From Balanoglossus misakiensis (taxonomy: Eukaryota > Animalia > Hemichordata): a stretch of 64,000 bases of DNA. Location: positions 1,728,699 through 1,792,698 of the forward strand of contig CM082581.2 in the NCBI GenBank assembly GCA_040954595.2, in the 5' to 3' direction. Below, piece by piece: positions 1 through 15,170 of this stretch (position 1 is the stretch's first letter; each line of letters opens with the position of its first letter). The position numbers and the translations under genes were made by a program. A model generated the notes under the pieces. The model had not been told where the DNA came from. It saw nothing but the letters and a program-made list of their open reading frames with translations, and ran no database searches.

Positions 1-1449
1 GGAAGCAACAAACTCTCAGCCATCATTTCTCCCCTCCCAAGAATGGTAGCAATAAATTCTCTGCCATCGTTTCTCCCCTCCCAAGGATGGCGGCAATAAA
101 TTCACTGCCATTATTTCTCCCCTCCCGTGAATGGCGGCAACAAATTCTCAGCCGTTATTTATCCCCTCCCAATAATGGCGGCAATAAATTCTCTGCCATC
201 ATTTCTCCCCTGCCATGAATGGAAGCAACAAACTCTCTGCCATCATTTCTCCCCTCCCAAGAATGGCGGCAACAAATTCTCTTCCATCGTTTCTCCCCTC
301 CCAAGGATGGCGGCAATAAATTCACTGCCATCATTTCTCCCCTCCCAAGAATGGCAGCATAAATTATCTGCCATCGTTTCAACCCCTCCCAAGGATGGCG
401 GCCATAAATTCACTGCCATCATTTCTCCCCTCCCAAGGATGGCGGCAATAAATTCACTGCCATCATTTCTCCCCTCCCGTGAATGGCGGCAACAAATTCT
501 CAGCCATTAATTATCCCCTCCCAAGAATGGCGGCAACAAATTCTCTGCTCTCATTTCTCCTCTCCCAATAATGGCGGCAATAAATTCTCTGCCATCATAT
601 TTCCCCTGTCAAGAATGGAAGCAACAAACTCTCAGCCATCATTTCTCCCCTCCCAAGAATGGCAGCAATAAATTCATTGCCGTTATTTATCCCCTCCCAA
701 GAATGGCGGCAACAAATTCTCTGCTCTCATTTATCCCCTCCCAATAATGGCGGCAATAAATTCTCTGCCATCATTTCTCCCCTGCCATGAATGGAAGCAA
801 CAAACTCTCTGCTATCATTTCTCCCCTCCCAAGAATGGCGGCAACAAATTCTCTTCCATCGTTTCTCCCCTCCCAAGGATGGCGGCAATAAATTCACTGC
901 CATCATTTCTCCCCTCCCAATAATGGCGGCAATAAATTCTCTGCCATCATTTCTCCCCTGCCATGAATGGAAGCAACAAACTCTCTGCCATCATTTCTCC
1001 CCTCCCAAGAATGGCGGCAACAAATTCTCTTCCATCGTGTCTCCCCTCCCAAGGATGGCGGCAATAAATTCTCTGCCATCATTTCTCCCCTCCCAATATT
1101 GGCGGCAATAAATTCACTGCCATTATTTCTCCCCTCCCGTGAACGGCGGCAACAAATTCTCAGCCGTTATTTATCCCCTCCCAAGAATGGCGGCAACAAA
1201 TTCTCTGCTCTCATTTATCCCCTCCCAATAATAGCGGCAATAAATTCTCTGCCATCATTTCTCCCCTGCCAAGAATGGAAGCAACAAACTCTCTGCCATC
1301 ATTTCTCCCCTCCCAAGAATGGCAGCAATTAATTCTCTGCCATCGTTTCTCCCCTCCCAAGGATGGCGGCAATACATTCCCTGCCATCATTTCTCCCCTC
1401 CCAAGAAGGGCGGCAATAAATTCCCTGCCATCATTTCTCTCCTCCCGTG

Positions 1450-4400
1450 AATGGCGGCAACAAATTCCCGGCCGTTATTTATCCCCTCCCAAGAATGGCG
1501 GCAACAAATTCTCTGCTCTCGTTTCTCCCTTCCCAATAATGGCGGCAATAAATTCTCTGCCATCATTTCTCCCCTCCCGAGAATGGCGGCAACAAATCCT
1601 CTGCCATCATTTCTCCCCTCCCAAGAATGGCAGCAAAAATTCTCTGCCATTGTTTCACCCCTCCCAAGGATGGCGGCAATAAATTCACTGCGATCATTTC
1701 TCCCCTCCCAAGAATGGCAGCAAAAATTCTCTGCCATCGTTTCTCCCCTCCCAAGGATGGCGGCAATAAATTCCCTGCCATTATTTCTCCCCTCCCGTGA
1801 ATGGCGGCAACAAATTCTCAGCCGTTATTTATCCCCTCCCAAGAATGGCGGCAACAAATTCTCTGCTCTCATTTATCCCCTCCCAATAATGGCGGCAATA
1901 AATTCTCTGCCATCATTTCTCCCCTCCCAAGAATGGCAGCAACAAATTCTCTTCCATCGTTTTTCCCCTCCCAAGGATGGCGGCAATAAATTCACTGCCA
2001 TCATTTCTCCCCTCCCAAGAATGGCAGCATAAATTCACTGCCATCGTTTCAACCCCTCCCAAGGATGGCGGCCATAAATTCACTGCCATCATTTCTCCCC
2101 TCCCAAGGATGGCGGCAATAAATTCACTGCCATCATTTCTCCCCTCCCGTGAATGGCGGCAACAAATTCTCAGCCATTAATTATCCCCTCCCAAGAATGG
2201 CGGCAACAAATTCTCTGCTCTCATTTCTCCCCTCCCAAGAATGGCGGCAACAAATTCACTGCCATCATTTCTCCCCTCCCGTGAATGGCGGCAACAAATT
2301 CTCAGCCATTAATTATCCCCTCCCAAGAATGGCGGCAACAAATTCTCTGCTCTCATTTCTCCCCTCCCGTGAATGGCGGCAACAAATTCTCAGCCATTAA
2401 TTATCCCCTCCCAAGAATGGCGGCAACAAATTCTCTGCTCTCATTTCTCCCCTCCCAAGAATGGCGGCAACAAATTCTCTGCTCTCATTTCTCCCCTCCC
2501 AAGAATGGCGGCAACAAACTCTCTGCCATTATTTCTCCCCTCCCGTGAATGGCGGCAACAAATTCTCAGCCGTTATTTATCCCCTCCCAAGAATGGCGGC
2601 AACAAATTCTCTGCTCTCATTTATCCCCTCCCAATAATGGCGGCAATAAATTCTCTGCCATCATTTCTCCCCTGCCATGAATGGAAGCAACAAACTCTCT
2701 GCCATCATTTCTCCCCTCCCAAGAATGGCGGCAACAAATTCTCTTCCATCGTTTCTCCCCTCCCAAGGATGGCGGCAATAAATTCACTGCCATCATTTCT
2801 CCCCTCCCAAGAATGGCAGCATAAATTCTCTGCCATCGTTTCAACCCCTCCCAAGGATGGCGGCCATAAATTCACTGCCATCATTTCTCCCCTCCCAAGG
2901 ATGGCGGCAATAAATTCACTGCCATCATTTCTCCCCTCCCGTGAATGGCGGCAACAAATTCTCAGCCATTAATTATCCCCTCCCAAGAATGGCGGCAACA
3001 AATTCTCTGCTCTCATTTCTCCCCTCCCAATAATGGCGGCAATAAATTCTCTGCCATCATATTTCCCCTGTCAAGAATGGAAGCAACAAACTCTCAGCCA
3101 TCATTTCTCCCCTCCCAAGAATGGCAGCAATAAATTCTCTGCCATCGTTTCTCCCCTCCCAAGGATGGCGGCAATAAATTCACTGCCATTATTTCTCCCC
3201 TCCCGTGAATGGCGGCAACAAATTCTCAGCCGTTATTTATCCCCTCCCAAGAATGGCGGCAACAAATTCTCTGCTCTCATTTATCCCCTCCCAATAATGG
3301 CGGCAATAAATTCTCTGCCATCATTTCTCCCCTGCCATGAATGGAAGCAACAAACTCTCTGCCATCATTTCTCCCCTCCCAAGAATGGCGGCAACAAATT
3401 CTCTTTCATCGTTTCTCCCCTCCCAAGGATGGCGGCAATAAATTCACTGCCATCATTTCTCCCCTCCCAAGGATGGCGGCAATAAATTCACTGCGATCAT
3501 TTCTCCCCTCCCAAGAATGGCAGCAAATATTCTCTGCCATCGTTTCTCCCCTCCCAAGGATGGCGGCAATAAATTCCCTGCCATTATTTCTCTCCTCCCG
3601 TGAATGGCGGCAACAAATTCCCAGCCGTTATTTAAACCCCTCCCAAGAATGGCGGCAACAAATTCTTTGCTCTCATTTCTCCCCTCCCAATAATGGCGGC
3701 AATAAATTCTCTGTCATCATTTCTCCCCTCCCGAGAATGGCGGCAACAAACCCTCTGCCATCATTTCTCCCCTCCCAAGAATGGCAGCAAAAATTCTCTG
3801 CCATTGTTTCTCCCCTCCCAAGGATGACGGCAATAAATTCACTGCGATCATTTCTCCCCTCCCAAGAATGGCAGCAAATATTCTCTGCCATCGTTTCTCC
3901 CCTCCCAAGGATGGCGGCAATAAATTCCCTGCCATTATTTCTCCCCTCCCGTGAATGGCGGCAACAAATTCTCAGCCGTTATTTATCCCCTCCCAAGAAT
4001 GGCGGCAACAAATTCATTGCTCTCATTTCTCCCCTCCCAATAATGGCGGCAATAAATTCTCTGCCATCATTTCTCCCCTCCCAAGGATTGCGGCAATAAA
4101 TTCACTGCCATCATTTCTCCCCTCCCGTGAATGGCGGCAACAAATTCTCAGCCGTTAATTATCCCCTCCCAAGAATGGCGGCAACAAACTCTCAGCCCAT
4201 CGTTTCTCCCCTCCCAAGGATGGCGGCAATAAATTCACTGCAATCATTGCTCCCCTACCAAGGGGCGGCAATAAATTCCCTGTCATCATTTCTCCCCTCC
4301 CGTGAATGGCGGCAACAAATTCTCAGCCGTAATTTATCCCCTCCCAAGAATGGCGGCAACAAATTCTCTGCTCTCATTTCTCCCCTCCAAATAATGGAGG

Positions 4401-7400
4401 CAATAAATTCTCTGCCATCATTTTTCCCCTGCCAAGAATGTAAGCAACAAACTCTCAGCCGTTATTTCTCCCCTCCCAAGGATGGCGTCAATAAATTCAC
4501 TGCAATCATTTCTCCCCTACCAAGGGGCGGCAATAAATTCCCTGCCATCATTTCTCCCCTCCCGTGAATGGCGGCAACAAATTCTCAGCCGTTATTTATC
4601 CCCTCCCAAGAATGGCGGCAACGAATTCTCTGCTCTCATTTCTCCACTCCCAATAATGGCGGCAATAAATTCTCTGCCATCATTTCTCCCCTGCCAAGAA
4701 TGGAAGCAATAAATTCTCTGCCATCGTTTCTCCCCTCCCAAGGATGGCGGCAATAAATTCACTGCCATCATTTCTCCCCTCCCAAGGATGGCGGCAATAA
4801 TTTCCCTGCCATCATTTCTCCCCTCCCGTGAATGGCGGCAACAAATTCTCAGCCGTTATTTATCCCCTCCCAAGAATGGCGGCAACAAATTCTCTGCTCT
4901 CATTTCTCCCGTCCCAATAATGGCGGCAATAAATTCTCTGCCATCATTTCTCCCCTGCCAAGAATGGAAGCAACAAACTCTCTGCCATCATTTCTCCCCT
5001 CCCAAGAATGGCAGCAATAAATTGTCTGCCATCGTTTCTCCCCTCCCAAGGATGGCGGCAATAAATTCAATGCCATCATTTCTCCCCTCCCAAGGATGGC
5101 GGCAATAAATTCCCTGCCATCATTTCTCTCCTCCCGTGAATGGCGGCAACAAATTATCAGCCGTTATTTATCCCCTCCCAAGAATGGCGGCAACAAATTC
5201 TCTGCTCTCATTTCTCCCGTCCCAATAATGGCGGCAATAAATTCTCTGCCATCATTTCTCCCCTCCCGAGAATGGCGGCAACAAACTCTCTGCCATCATT
5301 TCTCCCCTCCCAAGAATGGCAGCAAAAATTCTCTGCCATCGTTTCTCCCCTCCCAAGGATGGCGGCAACAAATTCTCTGCTCTCATTTATCCCTTCCCAA
5401 TAATAGCGGCAATAAATTCTCCGCCATCATTTCTCCCCTGCCAAGAATGGAAGCAACAAACTCTCTGCCATCATTTCTCCCCTCCCAAGAATGGCAGCAA
5501 TTAATTCTCCGCCATCGTTTCTCCCCTCCCAAGGATGGCGGCAATAAATTCACTGCCATCATATCTCCCCTCCCAAGAATGGCAGCATAAATTCTCTGCC
5601 ATCGTTTCAACCCCTCCCAAGGATGGCGGCAATAAATTCACTGCCATCATTTCTCCCCTCCCAAGGATGGCGGCAATAAATTCACTGCCATCATTTCTCC
5701 CCTGCCAAGAATGGAAGCAACAAACTCTCTGCCATCATTTCTCCCCTCCCAAGAATGGCAGCAATTAATTCTCTGCCATCGTTTCTCCCCTCCCAAGGAT
5801 GGCAATAAATTCCCTTCCATCATTTCTCTCCTCCCGTGAATGGCGGCAACAAATTCCCGGCCGTTATTTATCCCCTCCCAAGAATGGCGGCAACAAATTC
5901 TCTGCTCTCGTTTCTCCCTTCCCAATAATGGCGGCAATAAATTCTCTGCCATCATTTCTCCCCTCCCGAGAATGGCGGCATCAAATCCTCTGCCATCATT
6001 TCTCCCCTCCCAAGAATCGCAGCAAAAATTCTCTGCCATTGTTTCACCCCTCCCAAGGATGGCGGCAATAAATTCACTGCGATCATTTCTCCCCTCCCAA
6101 GAATGGCAGCAAAAATTCTCTGCCATCGTTTCTCCCCTCCCAAGGATGGCGGCAATAAATTCCCTGCCATTATTTCTCCCCTCCCGTGAATAGCGGCAAC
6201 AAATTCTCAGCCGTTATTTATCCCCTCCCAAGAATGGCGGCAACAAATTCTCTGCTCTCATTTATCCCCTCCCAATAATGGCGGCAATAAATTCTCTGCC
6301 ATCATTTCTCCCCTCCCAAGAATGGCAGCAACAAATTCTCTTCCATCGTTTTTCCCCTCCCAAGGATGGCGGCAATAAATTCACTGCCATCATTTCTCCC
6401 CTCCCAAGAATGGCAGCATAAATTCACTGCCATCGTTTCAACCCCTCCCAAGGATGGCGGCCATAAATTCACTGCCATCATTTCTCCCCTCCCAAGGATG
6501 GCGGCAATAAATTCACTGCCATCATTTCTCCCCTCCCGTGAATGGCGGCAACAAATTCTCAGCCATTAATTATCCCCTCCCAAGAATGGCGGCAACAAAT
6601 TCTCTGCTCTCATTTCTCCCCTCCCAAGAATGGCGGCAACAAATTCTCTGCCATCATTTCTCCCCTGCCATGAATGCAAGCAACAAACTCTCTGCCATCA
6701 TTTCTCCCCTCCCAAGAATGGCGGCAACAAATTCTCTGCTCTCATTTATCCCCTCCCAATAATGGCGGCAATAAATTCTCTGCCATCATTTCTCCCCTGC
6801 CATGAATGGAAGCAACAAACTCTCTGCCATCATTTCTCCCCTCCCAAGAATGGCGGCAACAAATTCTCTTCCATCGTTTCTCCCCTCCCAAGGATGGCGG
6901 CAATAAATTCACTGCCATCATTTCTCCCCTCCCAAGAATGGCAGCATAAATTCTCTGCCATCGTTTCAACCCCTCCCAAGGATGGCGGCCATAAATTCAC
7001 TGCCATCATTTCTCCCCTCCCAAGGATGGCGGCAATAAATTCACTGCCATCATTTCTCCCCTCCCGTGAATGGCGGCAACAAATTCTCAGCCATTAATTA
7101 TCCCCTCCCAAGAATGGCGGCAACAAATTCTCTGCTCTCATTTCTCCCCTCCCAATAATGGCGGCAATAAATTCTCTGCCATCATATTTCCCCTGTCAAG
7201 AATGGAAGCAACAAACTCTCAGCCATCATTTCTCCCCTCCCAAGAATGGCAGCAATAAATTCTCTGCCATCGTTTCTCCCCTCCCAAGGATGGCGGCAAT
7301 AAATTCACTGCCATTATTTCTCCCCTCCCGTGAATGGCGGCAACAAATTCTCAGCCGTTATTTATCCCCTCCCAAGAATGGCGGCAACAAATTCTCTGCT

Positions 7401-8800
7401 CTCATTTATCCCCTCCCAATAATGGCGGCAATAAATTCTCTGCCATCATTTCTCCCCTGCCATGAATGGAAGCAACAAACTCTCTGCCATCATTTCTCCC
7501 CTCCCAAGAATGGCGGCAACAAATTCTCTTTCATCGTTTCTCCCCTCCCAAGGATGGCGGCAATAAATTCACTGCCATCATTTCTCCCCTCCCAAGGATG
7601 GCGGCAATAAATTCACTGCGATCATTTCTCCCCTCCCAAGAATGGCAGCAAATATTCTCTGCCATCGTTTCTCCCCTCCCAAGGATGGCGGCAATAAATT
7701 CCCTGCCATTATTTCTCCCCTCCCGTGAATGGCGGCAACAAATTCTCAGCCGTTATTTATCCCCTCCCAAAAATGGCGGCAACAAATTCATTGCTCTCAT
7801 TTCTCCCCTCCCAATAATGGCGGCAATAAATTCTCTGCCATCATTTCTCCCCTCCCAAGGATTGCGGCAATAAATTCACTGCCATCATTTCTCCCCTCCC
7901 GTGAATGGCGGCAACAAATTCTCAGCCGTTAATTATCCCCTCCCAAGAATGGCGGCAACAAACTCTCAGCCCATCGTTTCTCCCCTCCCAAGGATGGCGG
8001 CAATAAATTCACTGCAATCATTGCTCCCCTACCAAGGGGCGGCAATAAATTCCCTGTCATCATTTCTCCCCTCCCGTGAATGGCGGCAACAAATTCTCAG
8101 CCGTAATTTATCCCCTCCCAAGAATGGCGGCAACAAATTCTCTGCTCTCATTTCTCCCCTCCAAATAATGGAGGCAATAAATTCTCTGCCATCATTTTTC
8201 CCCTGCCAAGAATGTAAGCAACAAACTCTCAGCCGTTATTTCTCCCCTCCCAAGGATGGCGTCAATAAATTCACTGCAATCATTTCTCCCCTACCAAGGG
8301 GCGGCAATAAATTCCCTGCCATCATTTCTCCCCTCCCGTGAATGGCGGCAACAAATTCTCAGCCGTTATTTATCCCCTCCCAAGAATGGTGGCAACGAAT
8401 TCTCTGCTCTCATTTCTCCACTCCCAATAATGGCGGCAATAAATTCTCTGCCATCATTTCTCCCCTGCCAAGAATGGAAGCAATAAATTCTCTGCCATCG
8501 TTTCTCCCCTCCCAAGGATGGCGGCAATAAATTCACTGCCATCATTTCTCCCCTCCCAAGGATGGCGGCAATAATTTCCCTGCCATCATTTCTCCCCTCC
8601 CGTGAATGGCGGCAACAAATTCTCAGCCGTTATTTATCCCCTCCCAAGAATGGCGGCAACAAATTCTCTGCTCTCATTTCTCCCGTCCCAATAATGGCGG
8701 CAATAAATTCTCTGCCATCATTTCTCCCCTGCCAAGAATGGAAGCAACAAACTCTCTGCCATCATTTCTCCCCTCCCAAGAATGGCAGCAATAAATTGTC
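1450..8800 (+). repeat. ~4.4-kb block duplication with stepwise internal deletions; partial third copy near 15860-17560
   Basis: Matching ORFs are offset by 4389 (1451/5840, 1977/6366), 4125 (2945/7070, 3341/7466) and 3774 (4127/7901, 4482/8256, 4788/8562). The third copy is offset by 11908/11820 (4482/16390, 5383/17203). Boundaries are approximate. Confidence 0.8.
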
Positions 8801-9129
8801 TGCCATCATTTCTCCACTCCCAAGAATTGCAGGATTACATTCTCTGCCATCGTTTCTCCCCTCCCAAGGATGGCGGCAATAAATTCACTGCCATCATTTC
8901 TCCCCTCCCAAGGATGGCGGCAATAAATTCCCTGCCATCATTTCTCCCCTCCCGTGAATGGCGGCAACAAATTCTCTGCTCTCATTTCTCCCCTCCCAAG
9001 AATGGCAGCAAAAATTCTCTGCCATCGTTTCACCCCTCCCAAGGATGGCGGCAATAAATTCACTGCCATCATTTCTCCCCTCCCGTGAATGACGGCAATA
9101 AATTCTCTGCCATCATTTCTCCCCTCCCA

Positions 9130-12100
9130 AGAATGGCAGCAAAAATTCTCTGCCATCGTTTCTCCCCTCCCAAGGATGGCGGCAACAAATTCTCTGCTCT
9201 CATTTATCCCCTCCCAATAATGGCGGCAATAAATTCTCTGCCATCATTTCCCCCCTGCCATGAATGGAAGCAACAAACTCTCTGCCATCATTTCTCCCCT
9301 CCCAAGAATGGCGGCAACAAATTCTCTTCCATCGTTTCTCCCCTCCCAAGGATGGCGGCAATAAATTCTCTGCCATCATTTCTCCCCTCCCAATATTGGC
9401 GGCAATAAATTCTCTGCAATCATTTCTCCCCTCCCGTGAATGGCAGCAACAAATTCTCAGCCGTTATTTATCCCCTCCCAAGAATGGCGGCAACAAATTC
9501 TCTGCTCTCATTTATCCCCTCCCAATAATAGCGGCAATAAATTCTCTGCCATCATTTCTCCCCTGCCAAGAATGCAAGCAACAAACTCTCTGCCATCATT
9601 TCTCCCCTCCCAAGAATGGCAGCAATTAATTCTCTGCCATCGTTTCTCCCCTCCCAAGGATGGCGGCAATAAATTCACTGCCATCATTTCTCCCCTCCCA
9701 AGAATGGCAGCATAAATTCACTGCCATCGTTTCAACCCCTCCCAAGGATGGCGGCCATAAATTCACTGCCATCATTTCTCCCCTCCCAAGGATGGCGGCA
9801 ATAAATTCACTGCCATCATTTCTCCCCTCCCGTGAATGGCGGCAACAAATTCTCAGCCATTAATTATCCCCTCCCAAGAATGGCGGCAACAAATTCTCTG
9901 CTCTCATTTCTCCCCTCCCAATAATGGCGGCAATAAATTCTCTGCCATCATATTTCCCCTGTCAAGAATGGAAGCAACAAACTCTCAGCCATCATTTCTC
10001 CCCTCCCAAGAATGGCAGCAATAAATTCTCTGCCATCGTTTCTCCCCTCCCAAGGATGGCGGCAATAAATTCACTGCCATTATTTCTCCCCTCCCGTGAA
10101 TGGCGGCAACAAATTCTCAGCCGTTATTTATCCCCTCCCAAGAATGGCGGCAACAAATTCTCTGCTCTCATTTATCCCCTCCCAATAATGGCGGCAATAA
10201 ATTCTCTGCCATCATTTCTCCCCTGCCATGAATGGAAGCAACAAACTCTCTGCCATCATTTCTCCCCTCCCAAGAATGGCGGCAACAAATTCTCTTCCAT
10301 CGTTTCTCCCCTCCCAAGGATGGCGGCAATAAATTCACTGCCATCATTTCTCCCCTCCCAAGAATGGCAGCATAAATTCTCTGCCATCGTTTCAACCCCT
10401 CCCAAGGATGGCGGCCATAAATTCACTGCCATCATTTCTCCCCTCCCAAGGATGGCGGCAATAAATTCACTGCCATCATTTCTCCCCTCCCGTAAATGGC
10501 GGCAACAAATTCTCAGCCATTAATAATCCCCTCCCAAGAATGGCGGCAACAAATTCTATGCTCTCATTTCTCCCCTCCCAATAATGGCGGCAATAAATTC
10601 TCTGCCATCATATTTCCCCTGTCAAGAATGGAAGCAACAAACTCTCAGCCATCATTTCTCCCCTCCCAAGAATGGCAGCAATAAATTCTCTGCCATCGTT
10701 TCTCCCCTCCCAAGGATGGCGGCAATAAATTCACTGCCATTATTTCTCCCCTCCCGTGAATGGCGGCAACAAATTCTCAGCCGTTATTTATCCCCTCCCA
10801 AGAATGGCGGCAACAAATTCTCTGCTCTCATTTATCCCCTCCCAATAATGGCGGCAATAAATTCTCTGCCATCATTTCTCCCCTGCCATGAATGGAAGCA
10901 ACAAACTCTCTGCCATCATTTCTCCCCTCCCAAGAATGGCGGCAACAAATTCTCTTCCATCGTTTCTCCCCTCCCAAGGATGGCGGCAATAAATTCACTA
11001 CCATCATTTCTCCCCTCCCAAGGATGGCGGCAATAAATTCCCTGCAATCATTTCTCCCCTCCCGTGAATGGCGGCAACAAATTCTCTGCTCTCATTTATC
11101 CCCTCCCAATAATAGCGGCAATAAATTCTCTGCCATCATTTCTCCCCTGCCAAGAATGGAAGCAACAAACTCTCTGCCATCATTTCTCCCCTCCCAAGAA
11201 TGGCAGCAATTAATTCTCTGCCATCGTTTCTCCCCTCCCAAGGATGGCGGCAATACATTCCCTGCCATCATTTCTCCCCTCCCAAGGAGGGCGGCAATAA
11301 ATTCCCTGCCATCATTTCTCTCCTCCCGTGAATGGCGGCAACAAATTCCCGGCCGTTATTTATCCCCTCCCAAGAATGGCGGCAACAAATTCTCTGCTCT
11401 CATTTCTCCCCTCCCAATAATGGCGGCAATAAATTCTCTGCAATCATTTCTCCCCTCCCGAGAATGGCGGCAACAAACCCTCTGCCATCATTTCTCCCCT
11501 CCCAAGAATGGCAGCAAAAATTCTCTGCCATTGTTTCACCCCTCCCAAGGATGGCGGCAATAAATTCACTGCGATCATTTCTCCCCTCCCAAGAATGGCA
11601 GCAAAAATTCTCTGCCATCGTTTCTCCCCTCCCAAGGATGGCGGCAATAAATTCCCTGCCATTATTTCTCCCCTCCCGTGAATGGCGGCAACAAATTCTC
11701 AGCCGTTATTTATCCCCTCCCAAGAATGGCGGCAACAAATTCTCTGCTCTCATTTATACCCTCCCAATAATGGCGGCAATAAATTCTCTGCCATCATTTC
11801 TCACCTGCCATGAATGGAAGCAACAAACTCTCTGCCATCATTTCTCCCCTCCCAAGAATGGCGGCAACAAATTCTCTTTCATCGTTTCTCCCCTCCCAAG
11901 GATGGCGGCAATAAATTCACTGCCATCATTTCTCCCCTCCCAAGGATGGCGGCAATAAATTCACTGCCATCATTTCTCCCCTCCCGTGAATGGCGACAAC
12001 AAATTCTCAGCCGTTAATTATCCCCTCCCAAGAATGGCGGCAACAAATTCTCTGCTCTCATTTCTCCCCTCCCAATAATAGCGGCAATAAATTCTCTGCC

Positions 12101-15100
12101 ATCATATTTCCCCTGTCAAGAATGGAAGCAACAAACTCTCTGCCATCATTTCTCCACTCCCAAGAATTGCAGGATTACATTCTCTGCCATCGTTTCTCCC
12201 CTCCCAAGGATGGCGGCAATAAATTCACTGCCATCATTTCTCCCCTCCCAAGGATGGCGGCAATAAATTCCCTGCCATCATTTCTCCCCTCCCGTGAATG
12301 GCGGCAACAAATTCTCTGCTCTCATTTCTCCCCTCCCAAGAATGGCAGCAAAAATTCTCTGCCATCGTTTCTCCCCTCCCAAGGATGGCGGCAACAAATT
12401 CTCTGCTCTCATTTATCCCCTCCCAATAATGGCGGCAATAAATTCTCTGCCATCATTTCCCCCCTGCCATGAATGGAAGCAACAAACTCTCTGCCATCAT
12501 TTCTCCCCTCCCAAGAATGGCGGCAACAAATTCTCTTCCATCGTTTCTCCCCTCCCAAGGATGGCGGCAATAAATTCTCTGCCATCATTTCTCCCCTCCC
12601 AATATTGGCGGCAATAAATTCTCTGCAATCATTTCTCCCCTCCCGTGAATGGCAGCAACAAATTCTCAGCCGTTATTTATCCCCTCCCAAGAATGGCGGT
12701 AACAAATTCTCTGCTCTCATTTATCCCCTCCCAATAATAGCGGCAATAAATTCTCTGCCATCATTTCTCCCCTGCCAAGAATGCAAGCAACAAACTCTCT
12801 GCCATCATTTCTCCCTTCCCAAGAATGGCAGCAATTAATTCTCTGCCATCGTTTCTCCCCTCCCAAGGATGGCGGCAATAAATTCACTGCCATCATTTCT
12901 CCCCTCCTAAGAATGGCAGCATAAATTCACTGCAATCGTTTCAACCCCTCCCAAGGACGGCGGCCATAAATTCACTGCCATCATTTCTCCCCTCCCAAGG
13001 ATGGCGGCAATAAATTCACTGCCATCATTTCTCCCCTCCCGTGAATGGCGGCAACAAATTCTCAGCCATTAATTATCCCCTCCCAAGAATGGCGGCAACA
13101 AATTCTCTGCTCTCATTTCTCCCCTCCCAATAATGGCGGCAATAAATTCTCTGCCATCATATTTCCCCTGTCAAGAATGGAAGCAACAAACTCTCAGCCA
13201 TCATTTCTCCCCTCCCAAGAATGGCAGCAATAAATTCTCTGCCATCGTTTCTCCCCTCCCAAGGATGGCGGCAATAAATTCACTGCCATTATTTCTCCCC
13301 TCCCGTGAATGGCGGCAACAAATTCTCAGCCGTTATTTATCCCCTCCCAAGAATGGCGGCAACAAATTCTCTGCTCTCATTTATCCCCTCCCAATAATGG
13401 CGGCAATAAATTCTCTGCCATCATTTCTCCCCTGCCATGAATGGAAGCAACAAACTCTCTGCCATCATTTCTCCCCTCCCAAGAATGGCGGCAACAAATT
13501 CTCTTCCATCGTTTCTCCCCTCCCAAGGATGGCGGCAATAAATTCACTGCCATCATTTCTCCGCTCCCAAGAATGGCAGCATAAATTCTCTGCCATCGTT
13601 TCAACCCCTCCCAAGGATGGCGGCCATAAATTCACTGCCATCATTTCTCCCCTCCCAAGGATGGCGGCAATAAATTCACTGCCATCATTTCTCCCCTCCC
13701 GTAAATGGCGGCAACAAATTCTCAGCCATTAATAATCCCCTCCCAAGAATGGCGGCAACAAATTCTATGCTCTCATTTCTCCCCTCCCAATAATGGCGGC
13801 AATAAATTCTCTGCCATCATATTTCCCCTGTCAAGAATGGAAGCAACAAACTCTCAGCCATCATTTCTCCCCTCCCAAGAATGGCAGCAATAAATTCTCT
13901 GCCATCGTTTCTCCCCTCCCAAGGATGGCGGCAATAAATTCACTGCCATTATTTCTCCCCTCCCGTGAATGGCGGCAACAAATTCTCAGCCGTTATTTAT
14001 CCCCTCCCTAGAATGGCGGCAACAAATTCTCTGCTCTCATTTATCCCCTCCCAATAATGGCGGCAATAAATTCTCTGCCATCATTTCTCCCCTGCCATGA
14101 ATGGAAGCAACAAACTCTCTGCCATCATTTCTCCCCTCCCAAGAATGGCGGCAACAAATTCTCTTCTATCGTTTCTCCCCTCCCAAGGATGGCGGCAATA
14201 AATTCACTACCATCATTTCTCCCCTCCCAAGGATGGCGGCAATAAATTCCCTGCAATCATTTCTCCCCTCCCGTGAATGGCGGCAACAAATTCTCTGCTC
14301 TCATTTATCCCCTCCCAATAATAGCGGCAATAAATTCTCTGCCATCATTTCTCCCCTGCCAAGAATGGAAGCAACAAACTCTCTGCCATCATTTCTCCCC
14401 TCCCAAGAATGGCAGCAATTAATTCTCTGCCATCGTTTCTCCCCTCCCAAGGATGGCGGCAATACATTCCCTGCCATCATTTCTCCCCTCCCAAGGAGGG
14501 CGGCAATAAATTCCCTGCCATCATTTCTCTCCTCCCGTGAATGGCGGCAACAAATTCCCGGCCGTTATTTATCCCCTCCCAAGAATGGCGGCAACAAATT
14601 CTCTGCTCTCATTTCTCCCCTCCCAATAATGGCGGCAATAAATTCTCTGCAATCATTTCTCCCCTCCCGAGAATGGCGGCAACAAACCCTCTGCCATCAT
14701 TTCTCCCCTCCCAAGAATGGCAGCAAAAATTCTCTGCCATTGTTTCACCCCTCCCAAGGATGGCGGCAATAAATTCACTGCGATCATTTCTCCCCTCCCA
14801 AGAATGGCAGCAAAAATTCTCTGCCATCGTTTCTCCCCTCCCAAGGATGGCGGCAATAAATTCCCTGCCATTATTTCTCCCCTCCCGTGAATGGCGGCAA
14901 CAAATTCTCAGCCGTTATTTATCCCCTCCCAAGAATGGCGGCAACAAATTCTCTGCTCTCATTTATACCCTCCCAATAATGGCGGCAATAAATTCTCTGC
15001 CATCATTTCTCACCTGCCATGAATGGAAGCAACAAACTCTCTGCCATCATTTCTCCCCTCCCAAGAATGGCGGCAACAAATTCTCTTTCATCGTTTCTAC

Positions 15101-15170
15101 CCTCCCAAGGATGGCGGCAATAAATTCACTGCCATCATTTCTCCCCTCCCAAGGATGGCGGCAATAAATT
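9130..15170 (+). repeat. 3209-bp-period tandem block duplication; related copy around 17700-21150
   Basis: Constant offset of 3209 for ORF pairs 9264/12473, 9924/13133, 10892/14101, 11332/14541, 11814/15023, with shared private variants (CCGTAAATGG, TTCTATGCTC). Boundaries are approximate. Confidence 0.88.
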